Program-made: the position numbers and the translations under genes | The notes under the pieces: model-generated | What the model was told of the DNA's origin: nothing | The model's input: only the letters and a program-made list of their open reading frames with translations | The model's database searches: none | In this document: positions 26,473-36,560 of the stretch, in pieces | Position numbering within the stretch: position 1 is the first letter of the stretch | How the letters are laid out: each line of letters begins with the position of its first letter | DNA from: Eutreptiella sp. 'Long Island Sound 2002' | Lineage: Eukaryota > Protista > Euglenida | Direction of reading: 5' to 3' | Length of the DNA: 64,000 bases | Assembly (NCBI GenBank): GCA_964036045.1 | Contig: OZ038378.1 | Location: forward strand, 187,488,001-187,552,000

Positions 26473-29245
26473 GGGGGGGTTGTTCGAGGCCATTTTCCAG
26501 ACCCCCCCCCGGGGTGGCTCCCGTGACGACGCAAAAAACAAGCCATGCCCCCCCCCCATAGCAAGAGGGGTCCCATGATGGGGACCTCTGAACAACTCCC
26601 AAACCCCCCAGGGGGGGGGGGGGGCTCCGGCGACAAACGCTGAAAATCACCCCCTTATCCCCCCCACCCACTACCAACAGTGGTGGTATTTATGTCCGCT
26701 CAATTCCGGCTGCATCTCATTAGGCAGCGCCCCACCTTGGCCTCTTGTTGGCAGTTACAATTCATCGTCCGAGGAATCAGACGCATCAGAACCGGAAGTA
26801 GAATCACAAGTAGATGCATCATCAGAGTCTGAGCTGGAGTCGGAGTTGGAGTCGGAGTTGGAGCTGGAGCCGGAGCTGGAGCTGGATGTTGAGGTGGCAG
26901 AGGATGCACAGCAAGGGTTGAAGGGGCATAATCTGCATCCAGCACACGAGAATCAATGTCAAACCTGTCGGAGGTACATGCGGGACAAAACCAAGAACAG
27001 TCAAGAACTTGCAAGACTGGTGAAACGCAGCATTTTTGGTGATATCCAACAGTCTCACCATCACAAATGAGGATATCATTATCCTCAGTTGTGTCACCAC
27101 TGAGACATACCGAACAAACCAAATCTGATTCAGAATCAGAGGCATCATTGTTGTCCAAGACCTCTTGGACATGTTCAACATTAGCGGCATCTGCAGGCAA
27201 GCCTTTAGATTCTCATATTATTTGGATGTAGTGATACACTCTTTGTAAAAAGTCTACTTTTGGCCCACTGCTACAAAGCTCTTGGTCCATGAGAGCCCGT
27301 TTTAGGTTGCTAACGGTGCATTGCCCATTAAACCCAAAAGATGCACACAGCTGGCGCAACAATCGCTTCACATTAGCCAACACACCAGGGGTGAGATGAC
27401 CACAGCGGCGCTTCAACCGGGCTTCGGCTTTCAGAAATTCTAACCCACACAGATGGGTGAACCACCGGTCTACCTCAGAAATTTTCAACACGTGCCCAAA
27501 AGCAGCTTGCACCACTTGATTCATTTGTTCATGGGAAGGCTGCGCAGTTTCACGGTACAACTTTTTTAGGTGCACGGAGGGGGGCTTCAACCTTCAACAC
27601 TGGGACACCTGTTTTTTGCCTCTCCTCTTCAACACCTTCTGGTGTTAGGAAGGCCCCATCACTACTATATACAGGGTTATTCACAAACCTGCAGATGGTG
27701 TCATCAGGAATCTGCATCACTGAACAAGGAGTGAAGGAGGGAACACTGGGGTAGTCATTTCCGGTACAGAGACACTTCAAACTACGAATGCATGCATTGC
27801 GACGCAGCTGGAGATCGAAGAATCCGGCTGCAAAATGCAACTCTTGAAACTTCAAGGCATTAGCAATGGAAAGGCGTGCATTCACGGGAACCTCAGAAGG
27901 TTTTCCATCCAATACGATGCGACAATGCATCCTGAATTGCTGTGAAAATGCGTTAGAACCTTCAACTTTAGGATGCGACATTGAACTGATGATACGCCTA
28001 CCACTGTACATGGCACCGGCAATAGAGTTTGCAAGCACTGTCTGGAATCTACGGCGCCATACGGCAATCATTTCATCAGCGGGGAGAGACGAATTAGACT
28101 CAAGCAAGACAGCCCACCTTAACTTGCCCTTTTGAACGGAGCGCGTTTCTGCGCCGTTTACCCTTTCGGCCTCATCGAAGGATGACAGACCTGTAGCCCT
28201 CACACATGCAATCGTGTCACGCCTGTCATTCTTGATGTGTTCCAAAGCAAGTGCCCATCTGACCTCTGAGTTGCGCAGGTTATGGTCCCACCCTCCGTCA
28301 AACACAAAGAAAATATCCACACCTGTGCGACACTGTGATAGGGCGTCCTGTTGTGACACCAATTGCAGATCATTGACGGCTTGAAATGGCGGGGACCTGT
28401 GTTCGGCCACCACTCTCATCATTGCAAAAGCAATTTTCTCCACAAGCAGGTTGCATTTTTTTTGTACAATACACTTTTGTGCAATCACACTTTTTTTTTG
28501 TCAAGGGGGTTGACATGCTGAGAGACACGGAGATGCTGCATGCAATGCATCATGTACTTAGTTGCTTCAACAATGCAACACTACAGTTTGAATGTGCAAT
28601 GGCTTTTGCAACATCTTGCTTCAGCCGCCACCTTTTTGCGCAATTTGAATGCGGCCTTTTAGGGGGGGCAGAGGGGAACATTGCGTGCACATGCAAATGT
28701 TCTGCATTCCAATATTCTTCATATTGATTGCTTGCCACAGAAAAAGGCTTGAAAGGCACTACAATCAGGTCCGGCATTTTTCTGGTGTCTGAAAAAAGAT
28801 ATTTTTCCCCCCCTTTCCTTCTAGGTGGGTGTCAGGAAAGGACAGGTCGCGGCCACCTTTTTAGCCCCCGAGGGATGGAGGGGGTCTGGGTGTGTATTTC
28901 GCTTAGCCCACTTTATAAGGGGGTTGGGCATCGCGACTACTGCAAAGGAGCCTCGGGCGCCCCCAATCGTTAGTTTTTTTCTTTTCCCCTCACCTCTTTG
29001 GATCCTCCAAAAAAGGGTGTAACACCTGCCAAACATGGCTTTAAATGACATCACGGTTGAGCGCACTAGGGGAACTGCCCCCCTAGGCCCTATCCGTGCC
29101 CCTTTTATACCCCGTAGGGACCGGCGGGAGTTAAGTCCAGAAAATTTCAATAAAATTGGTTTGACACCAGCTCTGTCACAGGAGCCCCTTTTCCAACCCC
29201 CCCCCCAGGGGTCAGGGGGCTCGAATGCCCCCCCCCCCCCCCCCC
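26473..29245 (-). mobile_element. Putative Mutator-like DNA transposon relic with candidate imperfect TIRs
   Basis: A degenerate ORF chain at 28777-26700 lies between imperfect inverted copies of (G)n..TTCGAG.CC...GACCC...GGGGT...GGCTCC.GTGAC (26473-26530 and 29171-29245). No target-site duplication was found. Confidence 0.45.
26700..28777 (-). pseudogene. Frameshifted transposase-like ORF followed by homeodomain-like, SAP and PHD-finger modules
   Basis: FVFDGGWDHNLRNS and IVLDGKPS are candidate DDE acidic motifs of the DGxW Mutator-like type. They are followed by LKKLYRETAQPS...EVDRWF (homeodomain-like), CTVSNLKRALMDQELCSSGPKVDFLQRV (SAP) and CSVC...DILICDG...YHQKC...WFCPAC (PHD lacking one Cys). 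The SAP and PHD ORFs share a frame, split by one TGA at 27213. Confidence 0.65.
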
Positions 29246-29972
29246 ACGCGCAAACCTTTATTCCCACCTCCCCATGCATATGCAGAAGGACGTGTGCATA
29301 CGGACATGCATATGCACAGGCGCATGTGCATATGAACATGTTTGTGCACAAGCACATGCGCATGGCGTGTGTGCACCGTGCACGCGCGTTACTTTTGCGG
29401 CAAGTGCCACAGGAATGTCCTGATTTTTACCCCCTCCCAAAACACCTGAGGAGAGCAAACGCTTTGGCCACAAAAATTGTATAAACACCCCTCCTTCGTG
29501 AAACAGTGGGTTTCTCAACCTCTGCCCCCTACACCGTTTCTCTTCTCTCTTTTTATAATCCACTGTGGGCCAGCCAGAATGCAAACTCCCCCGCAGTCTT
29601 CCACAGTGCCGCCTAGTCCATAAGCTGGGTCCCTACCACCACATTGGCCCCCTGTCGTTGTCCACCTCTTCGATGCTGCACAACCAAGAGGGTGTTGGGA
29701 GCACTGTGGGCACACCGTGCAAAGTTTTCTGTAGGTCCATTTTTCTAGGGGCCGCCTTTTGCCACGTTGTAGGCTCAAAGGCAGTGTTGCGGTAAGGTGC
29801 ACTGTGATGGGGTGCCTGCAACTGCATATTGCCTCGTGCCACCTATCTATGCATATTTTTGTGTCCTTCACGGTCATTTTTGTTGTCCCTCAGCTCGGAT
29901 TTACAACGTCAACATAGCACAGTCAAGAGCACAATACAATTGGCACCCACTTCATGATCTTGGAAATGACCT

Positions 29973-30200
29973 TTGGGTCGTTGTGGCCCCTCACCATCCC
30001 AAATCATTACATCCATGGAGGTGCCCAGCGTGAGAGGACAGATGCAAACGACAACACAACACCTTTCCCATAGATTTCGCCGAAGAGGTGCACCGTGCAC
30101 CCATTGGGCATGCTCCACATTAGGTGCTCCCCCATATGCATCTGCATACGCATGCAGGTTCATTGTGCTGTGTGTGCTGTGGCTGTATCTGTCGTGCAGC
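29973..30200 (+). mobile_element. Possible tyrosine-recombinase box II remnant (YR/DIRS retroelement)
   Basis: SHRFRRRGA...LGAP...ACRF...LY resembles HSxRRGGA...GRW...Y. No convincing box I was found. Confidence 0.25.
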
Positions 30201-31890
30201 AGTTTTGTGTTGGTGCTGGCCGTCAGCCGCATGCCTGGTATTCACTCCGAACGTGGGGTAAGAACCTGGACAATGAGTCGGCGCTTGGATAGCAACCAAC
30301 GATACTCCCAGTTGCTGAACAGCGACGTTTTGTGGGCAATGACATACTCAAAGCCACGAGTTTGTATATTTTTTGGTTGTACGGTCTGTACTGTACGCGG
30401 TTCAAATGGCTGACACAGACTGCACAGACAGCACTGCACACTGAAGCATCCCATGAGCATGCCTTATAAGCGCAGCCCAGACCTCATTTCTTGCAGGGAC
30501 GCCAGTTGAGGGGCCCAACTCAGCCAATCCATTACACAACACGTGTGCACACATGATGCTAGCGTCCGTTTAAACGGGCGGAAATCCGTTAAAAGGGCGG
30601 AAACGGACACCCCCAAAATTTAAAGCGGGCGCAACTGGACACCACCCAAAGCCAAAACGGACGGAGACCCACAATGTACACGACACCGTTGTGGACCACC
30701 CAGGATGGAGGAGCTCGCAGTCAGTTAGCTGCCAACACACAATGTTTCACAAGTAATGGAAAAAGAATGCCAGGAGGCCATCGTCGCTACATTCGTTTTT
30801 GAGATGTCACAATGACCCGCTTGTTCCTTCATGCTATAAGCCAGCAAACGCACCGGAGAAGTTTCATATCCAACCTTCTGCGTTAATCTGTGACACGGAA
30901 AGTGACAGTTCCCTCGCCCCCCCTCCCCTTACTATGCAAGGGCGATTACTATGCAGGGGGGGGGGGGGGACTCCTCGGCATCAGTGGAGACATGGGCAGC
31001 TGAGGTCACCGAACCCCCGAACTCGCCTGACCTCGGGGATCAGATGCCGTAGCATGTCGGGGGCAGGGCGGACAAGACGCCACATCTCCCCGCATGGCTA
31101 ACACATTGGGGTGGGGAAAACAATAAATGTCCCGGGGGGGGGGGGGGCTTTTCCCAACCCCCTGTGTGACATTCCGTCTGGTTGTTGTTTCGTTACGGGG
31201 CCCTGGACAGTCACCCGTTCTTCCCTTCGCATGTTGCGTCGGGTTGCTGCTTTCTGTCGGCCGCTGTGGCCGGTGCTCCTGCTGGTGTCGTTTCCACGTT
31301 CGCGGAGCCCAACAAAATCCAATTCCCAGCATCTCAAGCCCTTGTGTGACACCACAAGCAAACAAAGGACTTTTACAAAGGCCCGGCCGAAGGAGCCCAT
31401 TTCTGCAAATCCCCCCCAAGAAATTGGGGGGGGGACTCCTAGGGCCCTCCCGGACAAAAGTTTTTCCCCCCCTCCTTGAGGCACAAAGCACGGCAGATGC
31501 GTAACCCCACTCCCCCGGGCGACACTCACCCAGTGACCCCGCCATTCCCCTCAGTTCGCCGGGCACCCCCAGTATGTCCAGGGGAAACTGTGGATCTTCC
31601 GCCAACTCCGCAGCGACTTCGGGTGTTTTGTGCCCAACTCTCTGTATGCCACACAACAGTGACGGTCCCCCGGGAAGGGGGTTAGGGGGGGGGGGGGGGC
31701 GGACATGGGGCAGGGCAGGGAGGGGGTGGGGGTATGGAGAGCTCGCCCTCGGACCCCTTCTACCAGTCAAAAGGGCTCACTCTAGCCTGTGGAAGTGGGA
31801 GGACGGGAGTCGCGGGCCATCTGCCTCATCCGGAAGTAGCGGCGGTTGTGGTGAACGTCTGAGCCTTCGACAATCCCATGGCAATTCCTC

Positions 31891-32022
31891 AACCACAACC
31901 ACAACCACAACCACAACCACAACCACAACCACAACCACAACCACAACCACAACCACAACCACAACCACAACCACAACCACAACCACAACCACAACCACAA
32001 CCACAACCACAACCATAACCAC
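31891..32022. repeat. (AACCAC)20 perfect hexamer array plus two further units
   Basis: Directly visible; it starts about 35 nt after the DUF616 stop codon and reads (GUGGUU)n on the mRNA strand. Confidence 0.97.
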
Positions 32023-32057
32023 CAACGTATTTCCAAGCGCCCGCGGTACTGAGCACC

Positions 32058-33257
32058 CTACGCCGCCCCCGTCGTATGCCACATCCCCTGCGGCACGTAG
32101 TGCCCCTTCGGAAGCTTCCGCTGGATCCGGAGCACGCGATACTGATACCGATGGGGCCACCACGTGAACAGCTCCCCGATGCTGAAGTAACTGAAGATGC
32201 CCGTCAGATTCCACGCGCCCACAACGCGCGGGAAGCTCAGCTGCTCCCGGGAATGAAAGTGCCAGTGAACCACCTCGTTCCACCAGGCGCACCCGAAGAG
32301 CTCCACGCAGCCTCTGTGGATGCCGCCGTGCGCGCGCACCAGGATGGCGGTGTCGACGGGCGTCGCCCAGATGCCCGCGGTGACGTCGGTCTCGTTCTGG
32401 TACGTGTGCCACATCCCGCGGATCGCGCTGCGGTTGTGTGCGAGCCGCGTGAGCTCCGTGCGGAACTCGTGCTGCGACGAGCGGAACACCGTCTGGAACA
32501 GCACGCCGATGCCGCCGAGGGTGTGGGCGGCGTAGTATTCGGCGCGGCCGCGCCCGGCGGGGGGCGCCTGCTTGGCACCGGCGACGCCAAGCGTGCCGCG
32601 GATCAGGTGCCAGGGGTCGACATCCAGCCGCACCTTCCCGTCGACGTACACCGAAAACACCGCGTTCGGGAAGAGGCGGTGCACGAGGATTTTGCTCACG
32701 AGCGAGCTCTTGTGTATGAGGTACGAGGCGTTGTACGGCAGCCGGTCCAGTCTCCAGAGCTCCCAAATTGTGACGTTGTAGGGCTGGAAGAGTACGGGCT
32801 TCACCAGGGACTCCTCGTCCAGCAATGCCACCCAGCACACCTCCTGCTTGTCGTACGCACTCCAGTTGTATGAGGGGTTGAACAGGTTGTCGTAGTAGCG
32901 GAAGATGACCGTCACGACGAAGATCTTGCACTCGGGTCGCCGCAGGTAGTGGTCGCGCACGTGGTCGTAGCTGGTGGGGCCGTGGAAGCCGCAGGGGATG
33001 TCCAGAGTCGTTGTGGCTGGCTCCATCGCAAGATACCGCGCCCTTGCCTCAGGGGTGATGGGGCAGCCATGGAACTCCGTGCTCTCTGCTGGGCAGGACC
33101 CGGGAGAGTACTGCAAGGCAGGGCATCGAGGGGCCCGGTCAGGACCTACCGCCCGGATTCGCGGAGTGTGCCGTCTACCCGCACTGGTCGGCGTGCAGCC
33201 GGAATAGAGCAGCAGCAGGACGGCGGCCCATGAGCGTAGCAAGGCACGCATTGGCAT
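32058..33257 (-). CDS. Intronless DUF616 (TOD1/MUCI70-like, putative glycosyltransferase) protein with signal peptide, 399 aa
   Basis: The family motifs appear in order: CKIFVVTVIF..YDNL..P, CWVALLDE, SKILVHRLFPNAVFSVYVDGK...DP, VDTAILVRAH, LFGCAWWNEV...SREQLSF. N-terminal signal MRALLRSWAAVLLLLYSG; high GC3. Confidence 0.92.
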   Translation of the reverse strand: MPMRALLRSWAAVLLLLYSGCTPTSAGRRHTPRIRAVGPDRAPRCPALQYSPGSCPAESTEFHGCPITPEARARYLAMEPATTTLDIPCGFHGPTSYDHVRDHYLRRPECKIFVVTVIFRYYDNLFNPSYNWSAYDKQEVCWVALLDEESLVKPVLFQPYNVTIWELWRLDRLPYNASYLIHKSSLVSKILVHRLFPNAVFSVYVDGKVRLDVDPWHLIRGTLGVAGAKQAPPAGRGRAEYYAAHTLGGIGVLFQTVFRSSQHEFRTELTRLAHNRSAIRGMWHTYQNETDVTAGIWATPVDTAILVRAHGGIHRGCVELFGCAWWNEVVHWHFHSREQLSFPRVVGAWNLTGIFSYFSIGELFTWWPHRYQYRVLRIQRKLPKGHYVPQGMWHTTGAA

Positions 33258-33312
33258 GGGTAGGCCCCATTTATGGAGGGTTGGGCACGAAATTGGCCAC
33301 CAGCATTCTGGG

Positions 33313-33332
33313 CGAAGAAAAACTCAGAAAGT
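33313..33332 (-). other. Genomic relic of the euglenid spliced leader upstream of the DUF616 gene
   Basis: Minus strand ACTTTCTGAGT-TTTTCTTCG compared with the Euglena SL ACTTTCTGAGTGTCTATTTTTTTTCG (recalled from memory): first 11 nt identical, the TTCG end kept, the middle deleted. It lies on the coding strand 55 nt before the ATG. Confidence 0.65.
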
Positions 33333-36139
33333 AGCGGTCAGTCATCGGCGATTGAAGGTCAGTGCTAGTAGGCCAACCCAATATCAATGAATGGATGGTT
33401 TGAAAAAGGGGGTTTGTGTGTGTGTCCAGGCAAATCAAACGGCTGGTCCAAATAATCTGATCTAGATACCTGTCCCATCCAATGGCAACGTTGGTGGACC
33501 GCCATAAGTGTCAATTACACAAGACATCGCCCTCCCACCAATAGGAGAATCGCTGCAATGCATGCACACTAGGCTCGCGTGGTGCAAGGGTTGCACTGCA
33601 CTCTATGTTCGGAATGTACGTACCTAGAAACGCCTACTGCTTGTACCTCCTGCCAAACTGCCCCGAATGACAGCCTTCCAGCAAAAGGTGGTGGTATATC
33701 TGACGGACGCCAAGGGCAGCACAATGGCTGTAGGTTACGGTGCCCTCAATGTTGGATGCTGCTCAGGAAAGCAGGAAAATGAGGGGGGAACAAGTGACGT
33801 CAAGGGGAGCGCCCAGAAGGGACTGGGAGTGCGGATGGGCTGCATGCCAGGGCATGGGGACTGAACCGAGGACCCGAAGGCATGGGGCATCCAGAAACAC
33901 GTCTCCCATGCATCGGCAATCAATTTTGGTTTCTCGCAGGTGCAACTTTCCCTTTGGAGAAAGGCCTATGATTCCTCTCTGGTATAAGGGGCATTTGCTT
34001 GGATAGGAAGGGGAATGCTGTGCCACTTTATGAAATTCAGTCGCAGCTTTTGACGCGCACATGTGAGGTTTTGAGTCGTTAGGTAACTTTAAGGCTAGTT
34101 GCTAGAAAGTCACCTCACGGGCACTGCACATGCGTTGTGCCCAAACTCTGCCTTGGACCTCATCACCATATCATTCCCATGCACCCCCTCTCCTGTGTCC
34201 AACGAATGCCGTTTCCATCGAACACTTCTGTCCACACCGTAATTTTTTGGGGCCTGATGAATTAGGTACCGGATTGAGGTACCGAATTAATTAAGTACCT
34301 AATGGCGTGCCCAACGAACTCTCCTGTTCGAACCGCATTTTTGGAGGACTTTATTGTTCGCTGGACAATCGCGGGAGAGGGGGTATTTTCCCAACACTAT
34401 TGGCCACGAATAACTCTGGCTGTAGCCACAGGACCATCAACCAACAGGGGTGCCTACTTTGGCATGGAGCGAAAAGGCAGCACGTAAGCAAATAAATGTC
34501 TCAACATCATTTAATCTATTTAAATCCTCCTGTCGTGATAATAACTTCATGGAACAACAGCAACAGCAAGCATGAGGAAAAGTATTTCTTCAACATACCA
34601 TTTCAAAATTGAACCATCCTTTTTGCATATCAATAGGCATATGAAAAAATGGCTTTTCGCAACTTGGCTTCCCAAATCTCAACGGCCAAAAAAAAAATGG
34701 TCAAAAATACCCATTTTCGGCCAGTTTTTGGCCATTTTGTTCTGAGAATTCAGGACAGAAAATGCTGTGCCAAGTATGTGCTTCCAAATGGCACCAATTT
34801 GGTTTGTTTTTTTTCCACGGTGGAAGGGACATCAAGGGAATGCAAATGGGCCATTGAGGAGGCATTTTCCAAGCCTTAATTCCATGCTATGGCCATTTTA
34901 GTGGTGAAAAACAGCCTTTTTTGGTTGGATTTTAACCTCAGAATTCAGGACGGTGACTCAGGGGTGGATATAGTGGGGGGGGGGGGGGGTCCCCCCCCAG
35001 CCCCCCTCCCCCCTGACAGCAATTACGATTAAGATTGCTCTGCCGCCCAGTGTGCACCAACCACATTTGGTCAACTCATATAGGTTCTTTGACCATACTT
35101 ACACAAAAACAGTGCCACTGTGAGGAGGGCCCATGACCCTGCCTGATTTCAGAAGCTAAGCCTCAGTGCACTAGTTTGGTACTAAGGTAGGAGACCACCA
35201 GGGTCATTTTTGCAAAATGGGTTTTGTTGACCAATCCTGGTATAAATTCTGCACACATTTGATATGAAATCATCAACCCTGTCCCTGAGGACATCTAACA
35301 CAGGGCAATGCACTGGACAGGTTTGTAGCATTTCTGAGTCCAGCACAATCATTTCTTCACACATTTGGCCAGAATTCTTTGCCATTCAGCAGGGTCCATG
35401 TCAGAACTGTCTGAGCTGTCTGTGCTGGAATTGGAACTTTTGCCATCCCGGCCGCTAGTAGACATACCTGCAAAGCAAAAAAAGAGCAATCGTAATCGTC
35501 GTTTCGTCGGCACACCCTCCTGGCCCAAGCCCCCCCCCCCCCCCCCGCCCGCCCCCCACCCCCACCTTGGTAATGTCGTCACTATTATATCCACCCCTGC
35601 GGTGACTGTTGCGCCAAACTGGTGCTTCCAAGAGCAGACAATAATATTTTGGCGTAAGGCAATGCCAACGGGTACACAAGGGACGTGAGGAGGAGGAATG
35701 AGGCATGAGGCAGGAGGACGTTATAAGATCACCTTTAGTTAAAAGTCCTTCTGACATAATAATAATTGTTCTACAACAACAACAACAACAACAAGTCCTC
35801 CTGTGGGCAAAGCCGTGGCCAAAAGAAATAATTTGAAATCAAGCCTACTCCAAACCTTTGCCAACGCATACAAATCAAAACATGTGCACCTAGTGCACTG
35901 TGCTGGCAGGCCACTTGCACAAAGGCTCACAGCCCCCTAAACAAAAAGCCATCTGATGTTGGCTACCCTCTGACAGCCATCAAGCATCGTCCAACTCCCT
36001 TTGGTTGCCATCAAGTGATCTATTTCAAAGTAGAAATGAAAAGAGGCATTCCCACCAGCACCTTGCATCACCACATTGCATAAATCACCAACAGTCCCAC
36101 CAGCACCCTGCATCACCACATTGCATAAACCACCAAAAT

Positions 36140-36560
36140 GCCAAGGCACGATATTTATGGCAAAGCCAAATCAGACAGTACAGGGCATATGTACAATATG
36201 GACTGGTAAGAGGGGGCTTATGGGGAATGCTGTCCACAGTCAATTGCAGCTGAAATGCACCCAAATAATCGTCTGCTGCTCACCTGCTGTGGCAATCTCT
36301 GGGTAAGGGCATGCGTCATGATTCGTGAACCGATACATGTAAAATCAGCACAACAGTGGAGTGACAGGGCACACGTCACCTGCCTAGGTCACGAAGGAAA
36401 AGTTTGGAAAATCATAAGTCAGGTCCCAAATCCCCAGCCCGCGCCCCGCACCCCCCAGCACCCTGCTTCACTTGCGAGCCATACCGACCGAGCTGCAGTG
36501 CCGATGGAGACTCACGGTACCAAGCGCAATCTACGTGGTCGCGACGGTTGGTAGTGGCAA
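36140..36560 (-). mobile_element. Degenerate LINE fragment, same family as 43791-45680
   Basis: CWGVRGAGWGF matches VWGVRGTQWSF at 45620-45650; the frame contains many stops. Confidence 0.45.

Noticed and set aside
31777-32931. 384-aa alternative-frame ORF and antisense ORFs over DUF616
   Set aside because: Shadow frames of a GC-rich gene plus the hexamer repeat; only the 399-aa frame has family motifs.
35182-35470. Strong acceptor (TTTTTTGCTTTGCAG) followed by a short ORF MSTSGRDG...
   Set aside because: Stops after 38 codons with no donor or partner exon identified; probably a decayed fragment.
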